Positions 8,617-17,266 of a stretch of 20,000 nucleotides of DNA are shown here, one piece after another; within the stretch, counting starts at the first letter, position 1; each line of letters starts with the position of its first letter. This DNA comes from an uncultured virus (IMG/VR IMGVR_UViG_3300010883_000018) (Duplodnaviria; Heunggongvirae; Uroviricota; Caudoviricetes). Under the pieces are notes generated by a model, which made no database searches, was not told the DNA's origin, and saw only the letters and a program-made list of their open reading frames with translations. The position numbers and the translations under genes were made by a program. The stretch is taken from IMG/VR virus record IMGVR_UViG_3300010883_000018, one strand, 5' to 3'.

Positions 8617-9969
8617 ATGGCTAAAAAAGCGACGAGAGCTAAGAAGACAATTGTTACGCGATCCGTGGATAGTGTGGCTAATCCAGGTGCTCGCAGTGTT
8701 GCGAGGGATAGCGTATTGGGTGCGTCAATTTCCGACGTGGAAGGTAAGAGCGCAAAAGCAGGGCTTTTGGTTGGGGGTCAGAGTGCTATTCACGTGCTTC
8801 CTGTGCCGGCATTAGCTGTGCGATATTTATTACAGAATGAAGGATGGCCGCTATCCCGCGTCTATCAGTTTGTAGGCGCTGAGGGTTCGTACAAATCCAC
8901 GACGTTGGCGGAAGTGATGCGTTGGCATTGGGATGCGAATGGGTTTGGCGTACTTAACGAGGCCGAGACGAAACCAACGCCAGATCTACGTAATTCGATC
9001 GTCAACTGGGAACCCAACGCAATTCGTGTGGAAGATTGCCACGCGCTCGAGGATTGGCAGTGGAAGGCAGTAAGTTATGTCAACTCGATTAAGAAGCAGT
9101 GCGATAAAGTAGGCGGCCCCGGGCGTACGATTCCCGTGTGTATCGGGGTGGATTCGTTACTGGGTAAGGCCAGTCGTCACACCTTGGCCGCGATGGATAA
9201 GAAGGGGCACGCCGATCGGCACTACGCCCTCGAGGCAAATCTCATTAAGGACTTCATGCAGTGGTTTCCACAGAAGCTGTATGAATGGCCTTTCACCTTC
9301 ATCGGTATCAATCATCTCAAGATGGGTACCAACGATATCGGAATGCCAGTGCGGAATATTCCCGGCGGTATGGCGATCAAGTTCCAGGAGACGGTCCAAA
9401 TAGAGATCGGGCTGCAGCGTCAGGAGACTCAGGCAGACTGTAAGATCTCGCACCTGGTGATGCAGACTTACAAGAACAGTTACGGGCCGAAGAACACTCG
9501 GATTCATGTCAAGCTTACGCATTGGTATCAGAACGATGCTGCGGAGGGTGCAGAACCTATTTTCCGGCTGCACAGCCGTTACGAATGGTGGGAGGCTTCG
9601 ATACTCTTCCTCTTCAAAGGGTTGGGTATGCGAAAGACTGAGTCAGATCGATTGATGCCCAAGATTAAGGACATCATCGACCTGCATGAGAAGTCGGCCG
9701 GTAACCAGGGACTGAGGTACTGGTCTAACCGGTTGGGGGTGACCTCTGCGGATCCGGTGACCGCACACGAACTCGGCATGTTGCTCGAGACCAATGTTGA
9801 GGTACTGGGTGAACTGTACACCGTCTTAGGCATCAATCGGCGACCGTTTTTCCAGCCGACCGTCGACTACCTCCAGCAACTGGAAGAGTACACCCACGTC
9901 ATTCGACAGGCAGATGCTGCGAGTGAGGCCGTGCAACGTGCGGCGGCGTTATCCGGAGGTGATGCATGA
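8617..9969 (+). CDS. RecA/UvsX-like recombinase, divergent
   Basis: ATG 8617 behind GGAG (8607-8610). Walker A GAEGSYKST, LNEAE, Walker B IGVDSL, FIGINHL, PGGMAIKF (RecA GGxxLKF) and YKNSYG. Confidence 0.88.
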   Translation: MAKKATRAKKTIVTRSVDSVANPGARSVARDSVLGASISDVEGKSAKAGLLVGGQSAIHVLPVPALAVRYLLQNEGWPLSRVYQFVGAEGSYKSTTLAEVMRWHWDANGFGVLNEAETKPTPDLRNSIVNWEPNAIRVEDCHALEDWQWKAVSYVNSIKKQCDKVGGPGRTIPVCIGVDSLLGKASRHTLAAMDKKGHADRHYALEANLIKDFMQWFPQKLYEWPFTFIGINHLKMGTNDIGMPVRNIPGGMAIKFQETVQIEIGLQRQETQADCKISHLVMQTYKNSYGPKNTRIHVKLTHWYQNDAAEGAEPIFRLHSRYEWWEASILFLFKGLGMRKTESDRLMPKIKDIIDLHEKSAGNQGLRYWSNRLGVTSADPVTAHELGMLLETNVEVLGELYTVLGINRRPFFQPTVDYLQQLEEYTHVIRQADAASEAVQRAAALSGGDA

Positions 9970-10433
9970 CTCGGTCATGGTTGCCCGATTGGGAAGAAGT
10001 AAATCGTGAGCGCGAGTCGCAGTTCAATCAACGCGTGGCACTGGAAATCGTCAAATTGACGGATGTACCCACGCCGCAGTCAGAAGTGGAGTGCCCACTA
10101 CTGTATCCATTTTGCCAGGATATCGGCCTGCCAGTGTTACTGGAGTGCCACAAGCTCAAAGACATGGATCATCTGTCAGAGGAGCTGAAGAAGCATAAGA
10201 CGAAGACGCCCGTGTACGAGGCTTGGCGGAAACTCCGCGAGGATGTGGCCGTAGATAGTCCTGTAGGTGTGGTCTTCGATTGGCCATACATGGGACGCTT
10301 CTGGGTTTTTCACGACCTGGGGCAGTTCCCCGAGGCTGGCGATGGGTCTTTTTACAGAGTCAAAGGCAAGCTATTCATCCTACAGTCATTGGCCGATTTG
10401 CTGGCCGGGCTTGGATCTTGTGAGGGGTGGTAA
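9966..10433 (+). CDS. Hypothetical protein (155 aa)
   Basis: ATGA overlap upstream and TAATG overlap downstream, with a GGAGG RBS. LLECHK weakly recalls the ExK motif of PD-(D/E)XK resolvases. Confidence 0.7.
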   Translation: MTRSWLPDWEEVNRERESQFNQRVALEIVKLTDVPTPQSEVECPLLYPFCQDIGLPVLLECHKLKDMDHLSEELKKHKTKTPVYEAWRKLREDVAVDSPVGVVFDWPYMGRFWVFHDLGQFPEAGDGSFYRVKGKLFILQSLADLLAGLGSCEGW

Positions 10434-11569
10434 TGTCGCAGGCTACGCGGATAAAGCAGCCGCTATTGGTTGCGGAGACGGTTAGAAAGGACTTCACCGC
10501 CAACGATGTCGATGCGTTCATGCAGTACGTGGAGCGACTCGATGACGCCACGATCAATGCGACGCTTAATAGCCCCGAGGACGTGTACCTGCGTGATGAT
10601 GATGGTACTCGCAAGTCAGACGGTTATCGGATGACCTATCTTGCCTTCCAGCAAATGTGTAGTCATACGGCGGCCGGGCTACTATCGCTGGCTGCTGATT
10701 TGAGTGGGTTATCGCGTCGTGGTAGTAGCTATGACAGCGTGGTCAGCATGAACACAGCAGTGCGTATTGTGAACGCCTGCATCAAGTTGCGGTTTCGTGC
10801 GGAGGGCGGGCTCTACGGTCGCCAGCTGATTTCGAATACAGCTGACAATACTGTGGATGGTATTGTCGGCCCGGCCTATCGCTATCTCGCTCATCGCTAC
10901 TTATTCGAAGCGGCCAGGGACATGCTGGAAGGTGTGGATACGCCAGCCTACTTCTACGACGCCAGGATCACTGGACGTCGCGTGGCGTTGTCTTTTCAGA
11001 CCGCTAAGGCTGTGTGTAGCACAGGGCAGCACGAATTCTATCTGGGATTCTATTTTTCTAACTCGGAGGCTGGCGAGTGTGGTGTGCATTCTGCGATCAC
11101 ACTTCATCGACACGGTACCGCACAACGGTGTGTGGGTAAGCTCTATAGCGTTGCGCATTCCGGTCGCAACTTTACAAAGAAATTGGGACATCTATTAAAC
11201 AAATCGGTTGTCCGATTGCCGGCAGCAGATGTTTTGCAACGTCGTCTTGATCGTTTGCAGAGCACTGTATTGGATTTGACAACATTGTCGCAGCGGGCTG
11301 CAGTTGCCAAGCAACTTTCGCAGCATGCGGTCAATCTGCAACTAGCACAGGCTATCGTGGATTGGACCGCAAATACGGGAGGTGAAGGCGAAGCGAAAGT
11401 TGTACGTCTTCGCGAGGCGCGGACTGTGGAGAGGACGTTGTTTGATTTGTTTATGCGGATTATTGCAGAGGCAGAGGAATGTCCGCCTAAACCACGCGAG
11501 GAGTTGGAGCGGCTCGCGTTTCAACTTTTTATGGGTTCATTTGTAATTAGGAGTAACGCTGATGACTAA
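10433..11569 (+). CDS. DUF932-like protein
   Basis: TAATG coupling. Motifs TYLAFQQMC, GIVGPAYRYLAH, GFYFSNSEAG and AHSG resemble DUF932 proteins of phages and plasmids. Confidence 0.55.
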   Translation: MSQATRIKQPLLVAETVRKDFTANDVDAFMQYVERLDDATINATLNSPEDVYLRDDDGTRKSDGYRMTYLAFQQMCSHTAAGLLSLAADLSGLSRRGSSYDSVVSMNTAVRIVNACIKLRFRAEGGLYGRQLISNTADNTVDGIVGPAYRYLAHRYLFEAARDMLEGVDTPAYFYDARITGRRVALSFQTAKAVCSTGQHEFYLGFYFSNSEAGECGVHSAITLHRHGTAQRCVGKLYSVAHSGRNFTKKLGHLLNKSVVRLPAADVLQRRLDRLQSTVLDLTTLSQRAAVAKQLSQHAVNLQLAQAIVDWTANTGGEGEAKVVRLREARTVERTLFDLFMRIIAEAEECPPKPREELERLAFQLFMGSFVIRSNADD

Positions 11570-12506
11570 GGACGTCCAAGATTACGAGAAGCTTACCTAT
11601 CCAGAAATTCTGGAGACTTGTACGGAGCACGAAAAGGCAGCGATTCTCAGGTGTCAGGCCATCGCAGGCGATGCTGACATGAGTGAGATTGGTTTCAATT
11701 ATCGCTTAGGTGAAGAGTTCTCACACATCAGGGACCTGGCCCGCGAGGATGAAAATACAACTACGGCCGCGTCGCTTGGTCGGGTGGGTGCCGCGTTGGA
11801 GCGGGAAAGGGATTTCATTTACAACGCGGCTCGCGCGGCCGAGACGTGGAAGATTGCGGACCTGCAACGGTTGAGTAAGGTGCGAGGCCCGGACAACTTC
11901 CATCTGAGCTGGAGTCATTTTACTTTCCTTTGTCGGGTAAAGGATGAGAAGACGCGAAAGGTGGCAGCGAAGGAAGCTTGCAAGGCCTGCATAAAGGCTC
12001 GCGATATGCCTGCGTGGTTGTCCGAGCACTACAAGACCGCCAACGACGATGACGAGAATGGCGGTAAGACGACGCTGCGGGGCGGTACGCGGCTTATACC
12101 GGACTCTATTGGCACATTCTTCTCGCATAACACGTCTCAGGTGCAATCTTTGCTAGGCTTCTACGAGGAGTCCTGGCAGTGTGATAAGTTCGACGCGCCG
12201 CAGGCCCTCCGTGACCTGCCATTGGCTAAACTCAATACGGAGGTGCTGACGCAAGCGGAAAATACCGTGCAGTTGAATCAACAGCTGGCGGGTGCTATTA
12301 CCAAACTATGTCAGGGCATGGTTATTGCGGTCGATGACGCGCGGAGTAGATTGCAGAAGCAGGACGAGGCTGTGGCGGCTGGTTTGGTACCAACTGAAGA
12401 GGATGCCGACCCAACCCCCGCGAAAGGGAATCTGACGTACAAGAATCAGAAAAAGTCGGCAGCCGCAGCTCGGCGGCGTGCTGAGCGCGTGGGTGTAGGT
12501 AAATGA
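11562..12506 (+). CDS. Putative DNA-binding protein with a DUF1016/YhcG N-terminal-like helical motif
   Basis: AGGAG RBS. YRLGE...LSWSHFTFLCRVKDEKTR resembles the LSWSH motif of DUF1016-N. Basic C-terminus. Confidence 0.5.
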   Translation: MTKDVQDYEKLTYPEILETCTEHEKAAILRCQAIAGDADMSEIGFNYRLGEEFSHIRDLAREDENTTTAASLGRVGAALERERDFIYNAARAAETWKIADLQRLSKVRGPDNFHLSWSHFTFLCRVKDEKTRKVAAKEACKACIKARDMPAWLSEHYKTANDDDENGGKTTLRGGTRLIPDSIGTFFSHNTSQVQSLLGFYEESWQCDKFDAPQALRDLPLAKLNTEVLTQAENTVQLNQQLAGAITKLCQGMVIAVDDARSRLQKQDEAVAAGLVPTEEDADPTPAKGNLTYKNQKKSAAAARRRAERVGVGK

Positions 12507-13276
12507 AATTTACGGTTTGTGTGTTGTTTTACGGCAACTACCCAGAACTGGCTTTTCGCGTCCTGTCGTCGCTGTCGCGGCTGCAGTGGCGTGGAAAGTT
12601 TGTTTTGCGTGTAGGCTTCAACAATGTGGAGCCGTCCCTGATCAATCAACTGATGCCGTTCATGTTGGAGCACTGGCCGTTGGCTCGTGTGTATGAAGGT
12701 GGAGCGCCGTACTACAAGTATCCGCTAATGAGGGGTATGTTCGAGCAGCCACCGATTGATACACCGTTCACCATGTGGTTTGACGATGACTCGTGGGTGC
12801 TGCCTGAGGCGCCCGATAATTGGTTCGAGACGATTGAAGAAAAAATGGCGAACGGCTTTGACATGTTAGGGGCGATTTACACGCAGAATCTAAAAGGTAA
12901 CCAGCACGATTGGGCTGCAGATCAGCCGTGGTATACGGGCAAACCAGTAGAAGCCAAACATAAAGTCACGTTCGTTACAGGCGGGTGGTGGACTGCCCGT
13001 ACTGCGATTATTCAGAAGCATCAATGGCCACCTCCGGCGATCTTACACAACGGTGGTGACGTCATGCTGGGTGAGTTGGCGAGGCAACAGGGCTACCGTC
13101 TTGGGAATTTCACTACAGGCTTGGCTATCAATGCTAACGAGTCGAAGAAGTGTTCTTCGTCTCCGCGGCGAGGTGCTCATCTTTCTCCAGTCGGTGTTGA
13201 TTACCGCCGACAGACTAAACCAGTAGAATCTAACCCCAACGCTTGGTTGAACTTTTTGGACGGACGCGATTTATGA
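12503..13276 (+). CDS. GT-A fold (GT2-like) glycosyltransferase
   Basis: ATGA overlap. N-terminal strand FTVCVLFY, DxD motif MWFDDDS, FVTGGWW, and GGDVMLG (acceptor-base Asp region). Confidence 0.75.
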   Translation: MKFTVCVLFYGNYPELAFRVLSSLSRLQWRGKFVLRVGFNNVEPSLINQLMPFMLEHWPLARVYEGGAPYYKYPLMRGMFEQPPIDTPFTMWFDDDSWVLPEAPDNWFETIEEKMANGFDMLGAIYTQNLKGNQHDWAADQPWYTGKPVEAKHKVTFVTGGWWTARTAIIQKHQWPPPAILHNGGDVMLGELARQQGYRLGNFTTGLAINANESKKCSSSPRRGAHLSPVGVDYRRQTKPVESNPNAWLNFLDGRDL

Positions 13277-13662
13277 GGTTTCCTAAGTACACAGCAGAGA
13301 TTTGCGACATTCGCCCGTATTTGTCGCAGGAGGTTATTCCAGAGAAGGTATTACCCAGGCCGCAGAATACGGTCTGGCGTGTGCGAAAAGAGCCCATGGA
13401 GCTGGGCGAAACAGAACTAGCAACGGATGGCTGGGCATATATCCGCGACGGAGACTTGGTGCGTATTCCGCTGGTGCCTTACCGCACTGCGAAGGCATCA
13501 CCATCACATGTTGTGTTGTCGGCGATGGAATTGGGGATGCGATATGCAGCATCCTACCCAGAGTGCGTACGGATCCATGTTATCGTGGGCGATCCTGTAG
13601 AGGATTTATCGCCGGAAGGCGTCTTCCGGTTTTGGTTAGGAGTAGCAGTACAGCAACGTTAA
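13273..13662 (+). CDS. Hypothetical protein (129 aa)
   Basis: ATGA overlap with the glycosyltransferase stop; fills the gap to the next RBS. Confidence 0.7.
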   Translation: MRFPKYTAEICDIRPYLSQEVIPEKVLPRPQNTVWRVRKEPMELGETELATDGWAYIRDGDLVRIPLVPYRTAKASPSHVVLSAMELGMRYAASYPECVRIHVIVGDPVEDLSPEGVFRFWLGVAVQQR

Positions 13663-13673
13663 GGAGCGGACAC

Positions 13674-14132
13674 ATGGCGACAGACTCGACACAACCGGCA
13701 GCGGAACAACCACGACAAGGTACGTTGGAGGAGTATGCAGCAGGCGTACACCAAGCCAATTTCGATTTACAGCGACAGAGTTTTGCCTTTGGGTATTTGC
13801 GAGACGTTTGCGCGATGATGCGCGAGCTAGAGACCCAACCAGATAAGATTCAGCAAAAAGCGCTGCCTAGCATCTCTGTGCTGATCCCCACGGACGGTAA
13901 CGCGCCTGACAAGATGGAAATGGATCTGAATACCCTACCGACTGACTACGCCGTGACTACGAAGCCAATGTTTGAAATGTTCGCTAGCAGCGCCGGCGCT
14001 CAATTGCAACAGGCTTGGGCTCGGATCCATCAGCTCAACAACGGGGCACAGGCGATCTTACAGATCGCGAATCAAGCCCAAGTAACGCAGCAAGCTCCGC
14101 CGCCACAGCAAGCTCCGCAGCCGCTGCAATGA
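13674..14132 (+). CDS. Hypothetical protein (152 aa) with Gln/Pro-rich C-terminus
   Basis: AAGGAG RBS at 13661-13666 before ATG 13674; ATGA overlap with the next gene. Confidence 0.75.
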   Translation: MATDSTQPAAEQPRQGTLEEYAAGVHQANFDLQRQSFAFGYLRDVCAMMRELETQPDKIQQKALPSISVLIPTDGNAPDKMEMDLNTLPTDYAVTTKPMFEMFASSAGAQLQQAWARIHQLNNGAQAILQIANQAQVTQQAPPPQQAPQPLQ

Positions 14133-14914
14133 ATGATACTCCACCGGAACTACGTTACACCGGAAGTGTTTCACGTGTTCTGAAGTTGCGGGATCAGCTG
14201 CTTACAGGCGTGTTCGCTCGCTATGTTGGCTATCGACCACAGGGTGAGTCTTTGGCGGGCCTAGCGTTACAGATTTCGCGTGTGATACCTCGTGTTCGTT
14301 ATGAGGTTGTCTACGAGAGTGTGCGGCACCTGGCCGGTATGTTGTTGACGCGTTCAGTGGTTTTCAGTGAGGCGTGGCGGCTAGCCGGCAATTTGCCACA
14401 GTTGCAGCAAGGTAACCCAGTGCTGCCCTGGACCGCGCAGCGTGTACGTGAGGCAGTACCTGTGCAGGTGATGCATTGCGAACTGTCCCAGTCACGTAGA
14501 GGTAGCTGGGGCGGCGACTTCCGGATGCGGATCATGGCGGGTACGTCGTGTCCGATGACAATTTCTCGCTGGTGGAGTCAAGGTTTCTGCGGGCTACTGG
14601 CGAGACGTGCTGGATACACCAGCCTCCGTCATGGTTACCCGTTCGCTCATATTTCTGAGTTGGTGAACATGCGGTTGCTGGCACAGCTGGATCCGGAACA
14701 CTCCCGCGACGACGCTCCAGGCTTCCGTGAGATCGGTTGTACCGGGGCGCTACAAAAATGGAACAAGCGAATTATTCAGTTTCGATTTCGGAAACAAGGT
14801 AAGGAGCACTGGCCTTGCCCGCGAGGCTACGAACATTACTGTCACGAATGCCATGTGGGCTACCTGGACTGCCCCGCGGCTACCCATCGCGATACACGAG
14901 ATCAAAATACTTAA
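14129..14914 (+). CDS. Hypothetical basic protein with a C-terminal Cys/His cluster
   Basis: ATGA overlap at 14129. C-terminal CPRGYEHYCHECHVGYLDCPAATH suggests a metal-binding site. Confidence 0.7.
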   Translation: MNDTPPELRYTGSVSRVLKLRDQLLTGVFARYVGYRPQGESLAGLALQISRVIPRVRYEVVYESVRHLAGMLLTRSVVFSEAWRLAGNLPQLQQGNPVLPWTAQRVREAVPVQVMHCELSQSRRGSWGGDFRMRIMAGTSCPMTISRWWSQGFCGLLARRAGYTSLRHGYPFAHISELVNMRLLAQLDPEHSRDDAPGFREIGCTGALQKWNKRIIQFRFRKQGKEHWPCPRGYEHYCHECHVGYLDCPAATHRDTRDQNT

Positions 14915-14927
14915 AGGAGTGATTGGC

Positions 14928-15854
14928 ATGGCGCATCAGTATTTGGACCTGTTACGCGATATCAAGGAGCACGGAGACGGCCACGACGATCGTACTGGCG
15001 TGGGTACGAAGTCGCTGTTTGGCTACCAGATGAAGTTTGACTTGGCAGAGGGGTTTCCGCTGCTGACGACCAAGAAGCTTTCGTTTCGCTGGATTGCCGA
15101 GGAGTTGTTCTGGTTCCTCAGTGGCGCAACCAACGTGGAGCAACTTCGTAACCGGTGTATCAAACCGATTACTATTTGGGATGATTGGGCCACGAAGGAG
15201 AAGTGTGCCGAGTTCAATCGCCCGGAAGGGGAGTTAGGTCCGATCTACGGGCACGCCTGGCGGAACTTCGGGGCCACCAAGGCGTCGCCGGACAACTTGA
15301 GCACCCGCCGTTTCCATACCGACGAGGGTCGTCAAATCAATCTGGGCTATAACGACGACGGTGTCGACCAGCTGCGTAAGATCCTCGACGAGCTCGAGGC
15401 CAACCCCAACAGTCGCCGGCTGATTATCAGTGGTTGGGATCCCGCGGAGGCCGACCAGGTGTCGCTACCGCCCTGCCATACCTTCTTCCAACTCAAGTGG
15501 CACGAAGATACCAACAAGTTGGACATGCAGCTTTACCAGCGATCGGCGGATGTGTTCCTGGGCGTGCCTTACAACATCGCCAGTTATGCGTTGTTGACCT
15601 GCATAATCGCTAAGGCGGCCGGTAGGGCGCCCGGTACCTATACGCACACCTTCGGCGACGTACACATTTACAAGACGCACCACGATGCGGTCAACGAGCA
15701 ACTGAAACGTACACCAGCTCAGCTACCGCGGCTTACCGTGCGTAAGGTGGCCGGCGGTTCGGTGTGTGAGCGGGTGTTGAATACGGATTACACAGCCTTG
15801 GTGCTGGAAGGCTACGCACCCGAGCCGAGCATTGCGGCGCCGGTTGCGGTATGA
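14928..15854 (+). CDS. thyA: Thymidylate synthase
   Basis: AAAGGAG RBS before ATG 14928. DRTGVGT, FPLLTTKK, ELFWFLSG, IWDDWA, LGPIYG, SRRLI, LPPCH, YQRSADVFLGVPYNIASY, GDVHIY and the C-terminal APVAV. Confidence 0.97.
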   Translation: MAHQYLDLLRDIKEHGDGHDDRTGVGTKSLFGYQMKFDLAEGFPLLTTKKLSFRWIAEELFWFLSGATNVEQLRNRCIKPITIWDDWATKEKCAEFNRPEGELGPIYGHAWRNFGATKASPDNLSTRRFHTDEGRQINLGYNDDGVDQLRKILDELEANPNSRRLIISGWDPAEADQVSLPPCHTFFQLKWHEDTNKLDMQLYQRSADVFLGVPYNIASYALLTCIIAKAAGRAPGTYTHTFGDVHIYKTHHDAVNEQLKRTPAQLPRLTVRKVAGGSVCERVLNTDYTALVLEGYAPEPSIAAPVAV

Positions 15855-15913
15855 TCTAAACTACCTGCCCAGTTGCGGCACTTTAACTTGGACGTTTAGC
15901 TAAGGATGGTAGT

Positions 15914-16366
15914 ATGTCTCTCCAGTATCGACGTAAGGAACCGCGTGGCGGTACCCGCGATCCCATGTACAACCCCGAACGGGATTTTGCGCTCGTGGGC
16001 GTGGACCTTATTCGTGCTGCCATGTCGGCACTGGAGGCACAATTCCATGAACCGTGGTTCAAGCAGTTCATGAATACATACAGTTTGACTGAGGCGGACT
16101 TTGCGCAAGCGGCCCGGCCGTTCGCGCAAGCCGTGAGTCGCGTCGTTGATGCGCCTAACCCTACGGAAGCTTTGCAGGATTCTGGTTTCTCAGACTTACC
16201 CGCACCCGTGCAAATGGCGATCTATTGCAAACTGGGGCAAGTATTACTAGCGGCGGTCTGGTCGGGCGTTAAAGACGTCTCGAAACCCGAATCGGACCCG
16301 CCGCTATCTGTGTTGGAATTCATAGACGATGTAGAGGAGATGGTGGCTAAATTTGAATTAAGGTAA
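15914..16366 (+). CDS. Hypothetical protein (150 aa)
   Basis: AAGGATGGT upstream; in-operon ORF, no motif recognised. Confidence 0.75.
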   Translation: MSLQYRRKEPRGGTRDPMYNPERDFALVGVDLIRAAMSALEAQFHEPWFKQFMNTYSLTEADFAQAARPFAQAVSRVVDAPNPTEALQDSGFSDLPAPVQMAIYCKLGQVLLAAVWSGVKDVSKPESDPPLSVLEFIDDVEEMVAKFELR

Positions 16367-16432
16367 GGTAACAATTTGCACACAATCGGCAGGATTCGCC
16401 TGCTAAATCTTTCGGCCAAACGGGTGGCGTTC

Positions 16433-17266
16433 ATGGCAAATCACTGGTTTCAACAATTTGGGGATCGCTTTCAGTTCCCAGATAGTTACACAACGCTTGA
16501 TTGTGAAACTAGTGGTGTGAACGTCCTACAGGATTTGGTCTGCACGTTTGCTTACACGCAAGTGCGAGACCGCCAAGTCACTGAGACACGCGAGTGGGTA
16601 TTGGATTGGACGCGATACCCCCACATCGACCAAAAATGGTTGCGACATAATCTGCGTAACGTCCAGACCGGTATGGAAGCGGGCGGCAAGGCTTTTCATC
16701 ACACCTACGCGATGTTGCAAGAGCAAGGCGTGGAGCCGATTGCTGCATTAACCGAGATCCTGGAGTTGCTGGAGGCGACGGAGCAACGTCAAGAATTGAT
16801 CGTGGCGCACAATGGGTGGAAGTTCGATATCGAGATGCTGCAGCAGATGTTTAACAACTACGCAGGCATTGGCTATGAGTTTGGTGTTGATAGCGTTTAC
16901 GATAGCGGTGCTGTGGAGAAGGCTTCCCAGCTGCTTCCGGAGCATCTCTTGAATCGCCGGACGGGCGTGCAGCATTCAGCATTCCCAGAGCCCGGTGAAG
17001 ACATGCGGACTTGGTCATTGCGCATCGTGAATAACGTGGTGCGTGGTGTCTATTGGGCGTTGGACAGGTATTGTGAGCAGCAGTACGGACTCTACGCTAA
17101 GGCTGGCTTTGGTGTCGAAGAGGCGCATAAATCGGGAACGGATTCCTATGTCCTGCATCTCCTCTTTGAGGAGCATCGAAAACTGGCGGGGCTGGCCAAT
17201 CAAGTAGATGTTGGGGATCCGAAACCGCAGGTGATTTTCGATGAGCAAGAAACAGATTCACCGTGA
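16433..17266 (+). CDS. DEDDh 3'-5' exonuclease (DnaQ/epsilon-like)
   Basis: Exo I LDCETSG, Exo II IVAHNGWKFD, Exo III AHKSGTD. Start at ATG 16433 preferred over TTG 16376. Confidence 0.88.
   Translation: MANHWFQQFGDRFQFPDSYTTLDCETSGVNVLQDLVCTFAYTQVRDRQVTETREWVLDWTRYPHIDQKWLRHNLRNVQTGMEAGGKAFHHTYAMLQEQGVEPIAALTEILELLEATEQRQELIVAHNGWKFDIEMLQQMFNNYAGIGYEFGVDSVYDSGAVEKASQLLPEHLLNRRTGVQHSAFPEPGEDMRTWSLRIVNNVVRGVYWALDRYCEQQYGLYAKAGFGVEEAHKSGTDSYVLHLLFEEHRKLAGLANQVDVGDPKPQVIFDEQETDSP

Noticed and set aside
13302..13673. N-terminal extension of the 13302..14132 ORF (likewise track starts at 944, 6977, 8548, 14015 and 14727)
   Set aside because: These extensions overlap upstream genes or regulatory elements. 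Downstream ATGs have a clear RBS or stop-start coupling.
14928..15854. ThyA as a dCMP or dUMP hydroxymethylase
   Set aside because: All canonical ThyA motifs are intact, including the Asn of PYNIASY and the C-terminal APVAV. dCMP hydroxymethylases have Asp at that position and are far more divergent.
15855..15913. Loose inverted repeat (CTAAAC...GTTTAG) or promoter after thyA
   Set aside because: Pairing is short and interrupted, there is no U tract, and the promoter match is weak.
16389..16403. GCAGG-ATTCG-CCTGC hairpin upstream of the exonuclease
   Set aside because: Only a 5-bp stem, compatible with chance; no function can be supported.
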